Below the pieces are notes generated by a model. That model worked only from the letters and a program-made list of their open reading frames with translations. It was not told the DNA's origin and made no database searches. Shown in pieces: positions 43,563 through 53,519 of a stretch of 64,000 nt of DNA. Every line of letters begins with the position of its first letter. The first letter of the stretch is position 1. This stretch comes from Candidatus Bathyarchaeota archaeon. Lineage in GTDB: Archaea; Thermoproteota; Bathyarchaeia; Bathyarchaeales; Bathycorpusculaceae. Made by a program: the position numbers and the translations under genes. The stretch spans positions 256,001-320,000 of the forward strand of contig CAWDYC010000003.1 in the NCBI GenBank assembly GCA_963806535.1, read 5' to 3'.

Positions 43563-43751
43563 TTATTCTCCTTCGTGTTCTTTTCCTTCCTGAATAAGCT
43601 TGCGTACTCTTTGTCCGCCTTTTGGACCGCCTATCTTTCCACCTTTACGGCCTATTTCGCTATAGAATTCTCCGCCATGAGTTTCAGCAGTCCTTAATCC
43701 GCCTTTCCTTCCGGCTTCCTCAACGGTCATTTTACCTTTTCTTTCTGACAA
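43563..43751 (-). CDS. KGG-repeat stress protein 4
   Basis: GKMTVEEAGRKGG, EFYSEIGRKGG. Confidence 0.9.
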   Translation of the reverse strand: MSERKGKMTVEEAGRKGGLRTAETHGGEFYSEIGRKGGKIGGPKGGQRVRKLIQEGKEHEGE

Positions 43752-43847
43752 AATTTCACCTCCACTAAAAACCACGAAAAGCATTGGTTTTAAAGAATAA
43801 AAATTTTCAAATAAATCAAAAATGATTTAGAAAAAATCATGATATTT

Positions 43848-44165
43848 TTATTCTTCTTCATGCTCTTTGCCAGCCTGGATCAGCTTTCGGACTCTTTGTC
43901 CTCCTCGGTGACCTGCTTCCTCCAGACTTGTCTTTCCCCTAGCCTCTAATGCACCTTCATGCTGCTTTGCGCGTTCAGAACCGCCTTTGCTGCCGATTTC
44001 GCTGTAAAATTCAGGACCGCGTTCTTGAGATACTTTTTCGCCGCCTTTACGACCTATTTCTTCATAGAATTCTTTTCCATGTGTCGACGCGGTTTTTTCT
44101 CCGCCTTTCCTGCCTGCCTCTGCGACTGTCATCTTGCCTTTTTTACTTTCCTCACGCATACTCAA
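43848..44165 (-). CDS. KGG-repeat stress protein 5
   Basis: Several KGG repeats; 3' ~165 nt nearly identical to protein 3. Confidence 0.92.
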   Translation of the reverse strand: MSMREESKKGKMTVAEAGRKGGEKTASTHGKEFYEEIGRKGGEKVSQERGPEFYSEIGSKGGSERAKQHEGALEARGKTSLEEAGHRGGQRVRKLIQAGKEHEEE

Positions 44166-44223
44166 AACTTATTCACCTCCTAAAAGACCACGGAGAAGTT
44201 AACAAGATTAGAGCCGATTAACC

Positions 44224-44243
44224 GCTCATAAACTTATGTGGTT
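44224..44243 (-). promoter_or_regulatory. KGG promoter motif copy 3
   Basis: Minus strand AACCACATAAGTTTATGAGC. Confidence 0.7.
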
Positions 44244-44407
44244 GTACCATAACTGCAACATGCTAACTAAGCAGGCGAGTTAATCCAGATTTTAGTTAAG
44301 AAATAAATGAAAACAGATAATTTTGGACCTTCAACATCTTGTACGTTTTCAAGAGTTAATTTAAATATAGCCCAAATGTCAATTTATGTTCGTTGGGTTA
44401 CCAATAA

Positions 44408-45886
44408 ATGAAAGTGCTTCTAATTAATCCGCCACAGACGTTTTATCCAGGCTCAGATTTGCCAGCAGGCAATTTACCTTTGGGCTTGATGTACATAGCT
44501 GCTGTGCTTGAAAAGTCAGCGTACAAAACGGAGATTTTAGATGCATTCATAACTGATGACCCATTTAAAAAAGAAGGAAAAACAATAAGCGTGGGTATGC
44601 CTTTCGAGCAAATTAAGCGGGAAATTCAACAACGCAAACCAGATATTGTCGGCATAGCTGGGCCATTTACTTGTCAAATTGAACATGCGCTTAAAATAAG
44701 CAACTTAGCCAAAGATGTTGACCCATCAATTTTAACTGTTGTTGGTGGTCCACACGTAACGGTGATGCCAAAAGAGTTTCTTGAAGTGGCAAAAAATGTA
44801 GATATTGCTGTTGCAGGAGAAGGGGAATATAGCATGCTTGAGTTAGCCCAGCATTTTGAAGGCAAAAAACAGCTAAAAGAAATTCTCGGCATCGCTTACC
44901 GACAAAATGGAGAAATCACCGTAAATCCTCCAAGACCTTTTATCACAAACTTGGACGAGCTGCCTTATCCAGCTTACGACCACGTGAACATGGAGCAGTA
45001 TCTAAGCCCCAAAAAAATAGGCTATCGAAGCTTCCGCAGTAGAGCAGTAGCAATGATTACAAGCAGAGGATGCCCCTACAATTGCTGTTTCTGCAGCGTT
45101 CATTTGCACATGGGCAGAGAGTTTAGAGCAAACTCCGCAAATTATGTACTAAACCACATTCAATATGTTACTGAAAAATTTAATGTCAAAAATATTTTCT
45201 TTGAAGACGATAACTTGACTTTTGATTTAGAAAGGTTTGAAGCGATCTGCGATGGATTGATTGAGAAAAAAATTAAGATAGGTTGGGAAACACCAAACGG
45301 GGTTAGAGCAGATTGTTTAGATTTGAATTTGCTTCAAAAGATGAAGAAGTCGGGCTGTCAAAGCGTGTTTTTTGGTGTAGAATCAGGCGATCAGCAGATC
45401 TTGAGCAATGTTATCTGTAAAAGCCTTGATTTGAACCGTGTGTTGGAAGTTGCGAAAATCTGTAAAGATATTGGTTTGAAAACTGGTGGTTTCTACATTA
45501 TTGGTTTTCCGGGTGAAAAAAAAGAGAATATGCAGAGAACCGTTGATTTTGCTTTGAAGCTTAAACGTGATTTCGATGTTGGTATGCATTTATTCGTTGC
45601 CACGCCGTCGTATGGAACAAGATTGTATGATGAATGCAAAGCTAAAGGATACATAGAGGAAGATTTGAGTTGGAACTCTTTTGCTGAGGCACGTCAAGCC
45701 AAAGGCATACCGCTGATTTCTACCGATGACTTTACGCCTCTAGAGGTGAAAGAAATTGCGGCTAAGGCACTTGAAGAGTATAAGAAATTGTCTTTACTAA
45801 ATCATATTAAAAATCCAAGAAAAACATTAAAGACAATTTTTGATCAACCTCAATTGATTTTAAAATACATCAAAAACTTGCTGTAA
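44408..45886 (+). CDS. B12-binding radical SAM protein
   Basis: PLGLMYIAA, GGPH, GEGE, SRGCPYNCCFC, GVESG. Confidence 0.93.
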   Translation: MKVLLINPPQTFYPGSDLPAGNLPLGLMYIAAVLEKSAYKTEILDAFITDDPFKKEGKTISVGMPFEQIKREIQQRKPDIVGIAGPFTCQIEHALKISNLAKDVDPSILTVVGGPHVTVMPKEFLEVAKNVDIAVAGEGEYSMLELAQHFEGKKQLKEILGIAYRQNGEITVNPPRPFITNLDELPYPAYDHVNMEQYLSPKKIGYRSFRSRAVAMITSRGCPYNCCFCSVHLHMGREFRANSANYVLNHIQYVTEKFNVKNIFFEDDNLTFDLERFEAICDGLIEKKIKIGWETPNGVRADCLDLNLLQKMKKSGCQSVFFGVESGDQQILSNVICKSLDLNRVLEVAKICKDIGLKTGGFYIIGFPGEKKENMQRTVDFALKLKRDFDVGMHLFVATPSYGTRLYDECKAKGYIEEDLSWNSFAEARQAKGIPLISTDDFTPLEVKEIAAKALEEYKKLSLLNHIKNPRKTLKTIFDQPQLILKYIKNLL

Positions 45887-45974
45887 AGAGAAGTTGGTTT
45901 GTTGGGTTGGATCTCGTTGATTCTTGAATTTCAACTAGTTTAATATTCTATCTAATATGTGATGTAGAGCAAGG

Positions 45975-48374
45975 ATGGCAATGCGAAACTACAAATGGCT
46001 ACTCATCGCACTCATTGTTCTCATTATTTTTCCATCATATCTTATGTCGGTGGCCTCAAGCACTAGTGCCATTTCAAGCGCCACAGACTGGACGACTTTT
46101 CGTCATGACCCAGAGCACAGCGGATATACGGGTAACGATAACCCAACTAACTCTGCTAAGCTTCTTTGGAGTTACCAAACAGGTCGAATGGTGCAGTCTT
46201 CCCCTGCAGTAGCGAATGGTTTCGTTTTTGTAGGCAGCAGGGATAGCCAATTATTCTGTCTCAACGCCTCTAACGGTGAAGCCATTTGGAAATTTCCATT
46301 TCACTCGGAAGTATGGTCTTCGCCAACGGTTTATGATGGTGTTGTTTATGTTGGTACGGATGACGGGAGTTTATACTGTCTAAATGTTACCAATGGAAAT
46401 CCTATTTGGGGATCGAAAGTTGGACGTGTCGTGCGGTCTTCTCCAGCAATCGTTGATGATAGAATGTACATAGGAGCTTGGGACCAAAGGATTTTCTGTT
46501 TGAACGCAACCGATGGGACTCCGATTTGGAACTACACAACCACATCTCGTGTACAATCCTCACCCGCTGTTTCGAATGGCATATTGTACGTTGCCACGGA
46601 TAACTATTATCTTTATGCTCTTAATGCAACGACAGGCGATGAAATATGGAGTCGCCACACTGGAAGCATCAATTCCTCACCCGCCGTAAACAATGGAGAC
46701 GTTTACATTGGATCATACGACGGCTACGTATACGCGTTAAATGCCTCAACTGGAGACCAAATTTGGAGATATCAAACAGAAGATTCAGTCGAGTCTTCGC
46801 CAGCTGTCGCGCATGGATGCGTTTACGTCGGGTCCGACAATAACAACCTGTATTGTCTAAATGCATCTACTGGCCAGAAAATATGGCAAAGCCCAACTGG
46901 ATATTGGGTCATATCCTCGCCTGCAGTTGCAGATGGCAATGTGTACGTGGGGTCAGAAGACTGCAACATTTATGGTTTTAACGCTTCAACAGGAGCGAAA
47001 CAATGGAGTTACACAACTGGAAATATTATCGAATCTTCCCCAGCAATAGTAAACAATACCCTCTACATCGGATCCGATGACCAAAATGTTTATGCTCTCA
47101 CCCTATACCAATCGACAATTAAGCCCTCACCTTCACAGTCTCCAACCGCTTTATCGTTGAGCACACTAACGTTTGATGGTATTGCATGCGCTGTCGTAGC
47201 AATCAGCGTTTTTGCATTAGTTCAATTTACTCGATCAACGAGGAAAACTAAGTCAATCAATGAAAACGTGAAAATGCACATCGAAAATGCACATTGGTAT
47301 AAAACGCACAGTGATGCACTTTTTGTTTTAGGAATTCTGGCTTTTTCAATAATATTTTACGTCAACTTGTCAAGTGGACATCTTTGGGCCGCCGATGAGC
47401 AAACATACTCTCAATGGGCATATCACATGGTTAAAACTGGGGATTATTTAACACCTTGGGCTTTTGGCGATGTCTCATTTTGGGTTGTGAAACCACCGCT
47501 ATTTATGTGGTTGATGTCTCTGTCTTACCAAGCCTTTGGCGTTAACAACTTTACCTCAAGACTCCCAAGCGCTATTTTTGGAAGTTTATCATTAGTTCTT
47601 GTTTTCTATTTAGGAAAGAAACTTTACAATTCAGTCACTGGGCTTATATCGGCCATAGTTTTAGGCACATTTACAACCTTTTACAATTTTTCAACTCACG
47701 CAATGACCGATGTCACTTTCACCTTTTTCATAATCGCCAGCATATACTTTCTTGTTATTGGTGAGAAACCAGAAAAAACAAATCGATATGCAGCCTTAAG
47801 CGGCGTTTTCTTTGGTTTAGCATTAATGACAAAACAACTTCAAGCTTTACTGATCCCATTAATTATCTTCACCTATCTACTCTTGTCGCAGAGAAGCATA
47901 AGATTTGTTTTCAAAAGACAGTTCACGCTTTTTTGGAGCGTTGGACTTCTGCTTTTTTCTCCATGGCTAATATACATGGTAGTTTCTTATGGATCGCCGT
48001 TTTGGCAGAACTATTTTGTTTACGCCGCCGTTACCCGTTCAGTCAGCCCCATTGAAGGTCACGCAGGAAGCTACCTTTTCTATTTCAGCTACCTAATCAA
48101 TAATGAATATTTATGGGCGATTTTGCTGCCTTTTGCTGCTGGGTTTTGCGCGTTCAAGGCGATTTTTAAGAACTCAAAAGCAGATGTTTTGGTCATAATC
48201 TGGATGGCACTTGTACTAATAGTGTTTACTTTTGCTCAAACGAAACTTTTCTGGTATATCCTGCCAGCTTTTCCAGCCTTTGCTCTTGCCATTGGGAGTT
48301 TACTGTATCAAATTTCAAAGAAAATAGCTTCACGCTATCCTCGGCTATACCTTGAAAAGCGGTTGAATAGCTAA
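45975..48374 (+). CDS. PQQ/BamB-type beta-propeller fused to GT-C (ArnT/PMT-like) glycosyltransferase
   Basis: Eight SSP.V....VYVG..D...Y.LNA..G...W repeats; then DE..Y, KPPL, RLPSA and many TM helices. Confidence 0.85.
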   Translation: MAMRNYKWLLIALIVLIIFPSYLMSVASSTSAISSATDWTTFRHDPEHSGYTGNDNPTNSAKLLWSYQTGRMVQSSPAVANGFVFVGSRDSQLFCLNASNGEAIWKFPFHSEVWSSPTVYDGVVYVGTDDGSLYCLNVTNGNPIWGSKVGRVVRSSPAIVDDRMYIGAWDQRIFCLNATDGTPIWNYTTTSRVQSSPAVSNGILYVATDNYYLYALNATTGDEIWSRHTGSINSSPAVNNGDVYIGSYDGYVYALNASTGDQIWRYQTEDSVESSPAVAHGCVYVGSDNNNLYCLNASTGQKIWQSPTGYWVISSPAVADGNVYVGSEDCNIYGFNASTGAKQWSYTTGNIIESSPAIVNNTLYIGSDDQNVYALTLYQSTIKPSPSQSPTALSLSTLTFDGIACAVVAISVFALVQFTRSTRKTKSINENVKMHIENAHWYKTHSDALFVLGILAFSIIFYVNLSSGHLWAADEQTYSQWAYHMVKTGDYLTPWAFGDVSFWVVKPPLFMWLMSLSYQAFGVNNFTSRLPSAIFGSLSLVLVFYLGKKLYNSVTGLISAIVLGTFTTFYNFSTHAMTDVTFTFFIIASIYFLVIGEKPEKTNRYAALSGVFFGLALMTKQLQALLIPLIIFTYLLLSQRSIRFVFKRQFTLFWSVGLLLFSPWLIYMVVSYGSPFWQNYFVYAAVTRSVSPIEGHAGSYLFYFSYLINNEYLWAILLPFAAGFCAFKAIFKNSKADVLVIIWMALVLIVFTFAQTKLFWYILPAFPAFALAIGSLLYQISKKIASRYPRLYLEKRLNS

Positions 48375-48518
48375 TTTCACGGAATCAAAATGTTTCTAAA
48401 TGAGACAACATCTTTTTTTCACTTTCAGTCATGTCTCTGCTGTTCTAAACATTTGTTTCTTCACTTGATTCTTAAGCATCCTCGAACTATAGGGGCGAGT
48501 TCTAGAGGGATTTTACAG

Positions 48519-48993
48519 TTGACGAAAGGTAAGCCTTGGCCCATTGAAGACGAAAAACAGTTGACCGATTGGTTCAATTCGAGCACTAAAGATCTTCGAG
48601 TGCTTGCTTTCTCTTTTGATGGCAAATACAGCGAGAATGCTATTTATCAGAAACTTTTGGATTTAGGACTTATTCAGAAAGAAGAAGAAACTCGGGGGGA
48701 GCACACTTCTTCTTCTTCTACTACTACTACTGGTTTTACTTCTTCTAAGCTTGAGTTGCCGGAGGAGCTTCCGAGTGTTGAAGAGACGCTTAAAACTTGC
48801 GGCTGCATTAGAGGCATTGAAGGCCTCAGGACTCAAAAGAGACGATATTTTACGTTTGCGAGGCATTATTTCGGGTACCAAAATCTACCAGGAACTATTA
48901 GCAGACTACATTAACTATCGGGCGCTTGAAGCTGAACTTTTAGATTGGAGACGTAAATATGAGGAGCTTGCGAAGAAATCCACGGACAGTTGA
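48519..48993 (+). CDS. HTH plus coiled-coil protein, putative terminase small-subunit-like (frameshift near 48797)
   Basis: MTKGKPWPIEDEKQL Myb/GcrA-like HTH; EEE...SSSS linker; helical C-terminus; overlaps terL start. Confidence 0.65.
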
Positions 48994-50409
48994 GGCTAAA
49001 ACTTTTAGGCCTAATCGATTGTTCCTTGAACGCGATCGATTACGCAAAGACATTGAAACAGTCGAAATCGCTGCTAAACTGAGAACTAAGGCTGAAACAA
49101 GTGACCCTTACAAATTTTTGCTTGATTACTGCAAACTAAAACCCTACAAGCATACACTTGAAATTGCCAAATTGTATTTTCAACATCAATTCTTGGCTGT
49201 CTGTTTGCCTCGGCAAACGGGAAAGAGTACCACAATAGGTGCTTTGATTTTGCAGGATGCATGGGAACACAATAACCTTACATCGGACTTATCGGGCCTA
49301 GCTGGCGACAGACAAAACTAAATCTGCTCAGAGTGGCTAACTTTTGCCGTAATCTCCCCCGACAGGGAATGCATATTCAAAGAACAAGAATAACCCTCCA
49401 AAACGGCAGCGTGATCGAGGCTTTCCCCAACAACGCCGATACAATAAGGGGCAACACTTTTGACAGGCTCTGGTGGGACGAAACCAACTTCACACCCAAC
49501 GACGAAGACTTGTATGACGCCATCTTGTTTACAATGAGCACCAAAAAAGACGCCAAATTAATTGCAACTAGCACGCCTTTCAACACCGATTCCCTGTTTT
49601 GGAAAATGTGTAACCACGAAGACTTTTCTGATTTTGGACGCTACCACATCTCTTGGGAACAGGCACTTGAACCCAACGGTCCGTTAAGCACAACAATAAT
49701 TGAGAAGATTAGGAGGCAGTTTGGTAATGACTCAACTAGGTGGCGTCGTGAGATGGAGGCTGAATGGGCAGAAGACGAAGATGTGTGGCTTGCCCAAAGT
49801 CTCATCGTCAGTTGCATAGATAGCTCACTTTTGCCTTATGACTTCCAGACCCAACCGCCATTTGGCGAATTTTTCATTGGCGTCGATTTTGGGAAGGAAC
49901 GAGATTACAGCATTGTGGTAGTACTAGAAAAGATAGGTTTCGTTTTGCGAGTGGTTCATGTCCACCGTTTTCCATTGCATTCAGAGTACGCAAGTGTCAT
50001 TGGATACGTCAAGAGCTTACAGGACCGTTGGAACAGCATTCACTCGGTCTACGCAGACGTAACAGGAGTAGGAAACTATATTGTTGAGGATATGTTCCGC
50101 AGTGGCATTCCCAATGTAATTGGTACAAACTTTACAGTCCAGTCTAAAGAAGAAATGGCAAATATCCTCAGGGAAAAGATGCGAGCTGGTGAACTAAAAA
50201 TTCCATATATCCCTACCCGAAAAATAGGAGACATTGACCTTACAGTTGAGTTAAATGTTGAAAAATATGAGCTTATGAAAACAGGGCACTTAGGATTTAG
50301 TCATCCCGAAGGCACTCACGATGATGTATTTTGGAGTACAGCACTTGCGGTTCTAGGTTCGGTTAGAACACCCATGCCAGGTAAAGGTGTTGGTTTTGTT
50401 TCGCATTAG
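48959..50409 (+). CDS. Terminase large-subunit-like ATPase-nuclease (frameshift near 49280)
   Basis: PRQTGKST, IRG, LWWDE, STP, GVDFG, DVTGVG, HDD. Confidence 0.9.
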
Positions 50410-50456
50410 CTTAAGGAAAAGAATTTGGAGATTGAAAAAAACTATGGTACTGGATG

Positions 50457-50499
50457 ATTGTGGTTGCTGGTTTGCTGGTGTACTGCTAAAGGGCACAAT
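50457..50499 (+). pseudogene. Remnant of a surface-protein C-terminal anchor sequence
   Basis: Reads IVVAGLLVY; DNA resembles 52290-52330 and 54862-54898. Confidence 0.6.
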
Positions 50500-50594
50500 A
50501 ATTATTTTGATCTTGAATTTTAATGTCGATTCAATTTCGTTAAATAAAGCAAAACATTTTCGAGTTTGCAATCGTCTAAGGCGTTTCAATTAGC

Positions 50595-50862
50595 TTACTC
50601 GTATGCTTTTTCACGCGTCGAAATGGAGTAAATAACTATTGTTTGATCTGTTGACAGCTCAAATAGTATTCTTACAGTTTTTCCTATTCTGATACGATAA
50701 TGGTTTTGATATCCATGCAGTTTCTTGATGTCTATTCTTGTTGAAAGACCCTCATCCTCTAAAGTTTTTAGAGCTATCATTATCCTATCCTGATTTTCTT
50801 TCGGAAAATTTTTTGAACTGCTTTTTAGCTTTGCTTTCTACAAAAACCAAATACTTGGGCAA
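50595..50862 (-). CDS. RelE/ParE-family toxin (frameshifted)
   Basis: IKKLHG...YRIRIG..RILF...REKAY. Confidence 0.88.
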
Positions 50863-50865
50863 ATG

Positions 50866-51093
50866 TTAGTTCCCTTTCGTCAATTCAGTCAAAGGTTCGA
50901 GGTGCAGCTTTTTGCTTCTCTTTGCAGTTTCATATTCTTCAATCGCTTTAACATCTTCTTTAGAGGGTTCTTCAAACCCGATTAACCTTTCTTCAACCAG
51001 CTCATTTAACCCTTGTACTTTCTTATTTAATTCCAACAGCAAACTCCGAATCTCTTTAAGTTCAGCTTCAGATGTCATATTTCTCAAAATCAA
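50866..51093 (-). CDS. Putative antitoxin
   Basis: Small acidic coiled-coil ORF directly upstream of the toxin. Confidence 0.7.
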   Translation of the reverse strand: MILRNMTSEAELKEIRSLLLELNKKVQGLNELVEERLIGFEEPSKEDVKAIEEYETAKRSKKLHLEPLTELTKGN

Positions 51094-51267
51094 ATAGCTT
51101 TCAGGAATATTTAACGGTTATCAACAAAACCACAAAAGAGTTTTTGCGGAAGACAGATTGTTTTCACGGAAGGTTAACCCGAACCCCTTATGTGGCAAGA
51201 GTTCAAAATTTTTGCATTTAACGATTCCACAAAATTTATGAGTAAACTCTGAAAAATACCTATACGC

Positions 51268-51320
51268 TTGTCAAGAAACCTGAACTAAAAAATTGCCATT
51301 TAGTTCAGAAATCTTGACAT
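51268..51320. repeat. Two copies of the TAGTCAA-N6-TTGACTA-like site forming a larger inverted repeat
   Basis: TTGTCAA-GAAACC-TGAACTA and TAGTTCA-GAAATC-TTGACAT. Confidence 0.75.
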
Positions 51321-51415
51321 GCCCCCTTTTATCAATGAGCTTTTCCAGAGATGTATTTTACCCGGCCTCACGGAACTACTAAAGGCTTAATAGCAATTAG
51401 GGCAAACTGAAAATT

Positions 51416-52336
51416 ATGAATAAATCGAATCGTCTGCTGATTTGCATAGTATTGACTTCAACGGTGTTTACGTGTAGCCTAGTACAAGTTAGGGCAGATG
51501 TTGTTTTTCAAGATAACTTTGAAAGCGGGAATTTCAGCAAATGGACAGTAGTCGGTTCGCCAAATATGGTTACAAAACCCATCTTAGACGGAAATGCCTA
51601 TGCAGCACAATTCGCATTAAACTCGACCGATACTCAACCTGGCGGAATTTCATATGGCATTTCATATTTGCAAGCAACTTTTCCGTCCTCAAACACAGCG
51701 ACACTTGAATTCTATTTGCAGACAGATACACTTTCTCAAAGTGGTTCCCTTGACGTGGCTGAAATAGCTAGTCCAAGCAATATTCCTCTGTCGCAGGACA
51801 CCCCTTTAATTTTCTTATCTATATTGCCTCTTAAGAATGGAAGTCTGGTGTGGGCTTTTACTTATCCGTCAGGCGAAAACACGCCAATTGGCAGTCAAAC
51901 CAGAGTAGACAATTTCTATACCAAGTACACCCAATCAAGCGTGCAAACAGACGCATGGTACAAATTCGACATTGCAATATCTTCTAGCAGTAATATAATT
52001 CAGCTATCAATAAACAATTCACCAGTATTTACAGCTACGAACCAATTCATTTGGAATCCAACTGTCTTCAAACTTGGCAACATTGAAAGTTATAATTATA
52101 GCAATGGAAACATCTACATTGATGATATAACGGTTTCAAATACAGCAAACATCTCTCAATTAGAATCAACTCCCTCACCAACGTTAATTCCAACAGCAGC
52201 CCCAACTCAAGCTTCTTCACCTTCACCAACGCCTACATCCACCATTCCAGAATTTCCAGTATTGACAACTCCAACATTGCTTATCCTGATGGTAGCTGCT
52301 GGTTTGTTAGTAAACCTCAAGAAACACAAGCGTTGA
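51416..52336 (+). CDS. Surface protein, beta-sandwich (LamG/lyase-like) domain, PEF-type C-terminal anchor
   Basis: Signal peptide, FQDNFESG, YIDDI, PT linker, PEFP-TM-KKHKR. Confidence 0.85.
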   Translation: MNKSNRLLICIVLTSTVFTCSLVQVRADVVFQDNFESGNFSKWTVVGSPNMVTKPILDGNAYAAQFALNSTDTQPGGISYGISYLQATFPSSNTATLEFYLQTDTLSQSGSLDVAEIASPSNIPLSQDTPLIFLSILPLKNGSLVWAFTYPSGENTPIGSQTRVDNFYTKYTQSSVQTDAWYKFDIAISSSSNIIQLSINNSPVFTATNQFIWNPTVFKLGNIESYNYSNGNIYIDDITVSNTANISQLESTPSPTLIPTAAPTQASSPSPTPTSTIPEFPVLTTPTLLILMVAAGLLVNLKKHKR

Positions 52337-52367
52337 AAACAATTGGTTTTGGGCTTGCAAATAAAAC

Positions 52368-52502
52368 GTCGCAAACTTGGACAAAATTGTGTCACTCAAA
52401 AAAAATTCTGAGTGGTTTGTGTGGTTTGCGAAAGACCAAGCTTGATTAAAAAAGAATTTAGTAGAAGTTGCGTGTTTCTTTGTGTTTCTCGGCTTCGTCA
52501 TA
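52368..52502 (+). repeat. Downstream cassette repeat copy 1
   Basis: TCGCAA..ACTCAAAAAAAATTCTGAGT..TTTGCGAAAGA..AATTTAGT.GAAGTTGCGT..CGTCATA; homologous to 54911-55029. Confidence 0.85.
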
Positions 52503-52680
52503 GAAGCGCAGAACTTCATCAACGATTTCAACATTTGAGAGCAAAATGCCTCTGCTAACTAAATGCCTCAGAAAGAATTTCCACTACATCCAAATGGATT
52601 CTAATACTGGACTCCTAAAAAGAAAACTTGGCCCAGCACCGCCCGTGCCAGTTATCGCAAAATTTTATTCTTTTGAAAAA

Positions 52681-53046
52681 CTATAGGTCGTTAAGAATTT
52701 TTTTGAATTGCTGCTGCAAATTTGGTAAATCGGTTATTGCCGTGTTCCACATAGAAGGCCAATCTGCACTAAAGTATTCATGAGTGAGTTCATGTCTCAT
52801 TCCGCATAGTTTTTCATAAGGTATATGATAGTAATAGAATAGCTCCTTCACTTTTTTGTTTTTTGAAACTGCCCAGACAGCTTCAGAAATATCTCGCAAA
52901 ACATCCTTCAATGCATGCATTCTTATTTTTTGTTGAATAAACGCCTCATACGTTAATCCATATGTTATTTCTTTTAGGTCATCGATGTACTCTAGAATTT
53001 CTTTAACGTATAATTTAGGATCTCTGCGTTCCAAATTTTTCGTCAT
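52681..53046 (-). CDS. HEPN RNase toxin (DUF86/HepT)
   Basis: RxxxxH motif MRHELTHEY. Confidence 0.88.
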   Translation of the reverse strand: MTKNLERRDPKLYVKEILEYIDDLKEITYGLTYEAFIQQKIRMHALKDVLRDISEAVWAVSKNKKVKELFYYYHIPYEKLCGMRHELTHEYFSADWPSMWNTAITDLPNLQQQFKKILNDL

Positions 53047-53357
53047 ACGTTAACAGCTTCTTTTAAAACCTGATCTCTTATGTGCTTATTCAGAAATTCT
53101 TTTGAAATTACATCTACTTTCAGATGTAGCTTTCGCTTAAGATACTGTTTTAAGTCATAAATCGTGAAAAGGCTAACAGCTGCCGAATACGTAACCAAAA
53201 TATCCAAGTCACTCTCCTCCGTTTGTTCTTTTCTGGCAAAGGAACCAAAAATATCAATGGTTTCAATGCTGAACCTTTTCTTCAAAGTAGGCTTCAGTGC
53301 TTCAAGTTGCAATTTGACTTCTTCCAGTGACTTTACTTCAAAGGTCTTTTGAACCAA
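53043..53357 (-). CDS. Minimal nucleotidyltransferase antitoxin (MntA-like)
   Basis: FGSFAR.EQ...SDLDILV. Confidence 0.9.
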   Translation of the reverse strand: MVQKTFEVKSLEEVKLQLEALKPTLKKRFSIETIDIFGSFARKEQTEESDLDILVTYSAAVSLFTIYDLKQYLKRKLHLKVDVISKEFLNKHIRDQVLKEAVNV

Positions 53358-53519
53358 ATCTTTTCTTCGCCCTTTTCAGTTGAATTATGTATTATTTTTT
53401 GCTAATAAGGATTTTCGGTTCACCAATGATTTACAAATTCCACTAAAACTTCTTGTTAAATTAATTTGGGAGCACTCAACTTTGTTTTTGCTTTAAGGCT
53501 TTGTCGAGCAGGAGGAGGA

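Noticed and set aside
42008-44165. Nucleotide repeats as CRISPR or DGR
   Set aside because: Explained by paralogous KGG coding repeats; no reverse transcriptase or adenine-specific variation
46170-47100. ~120-bp periodicity
   Set aside because: Coding repeats of the beta-propeller blades
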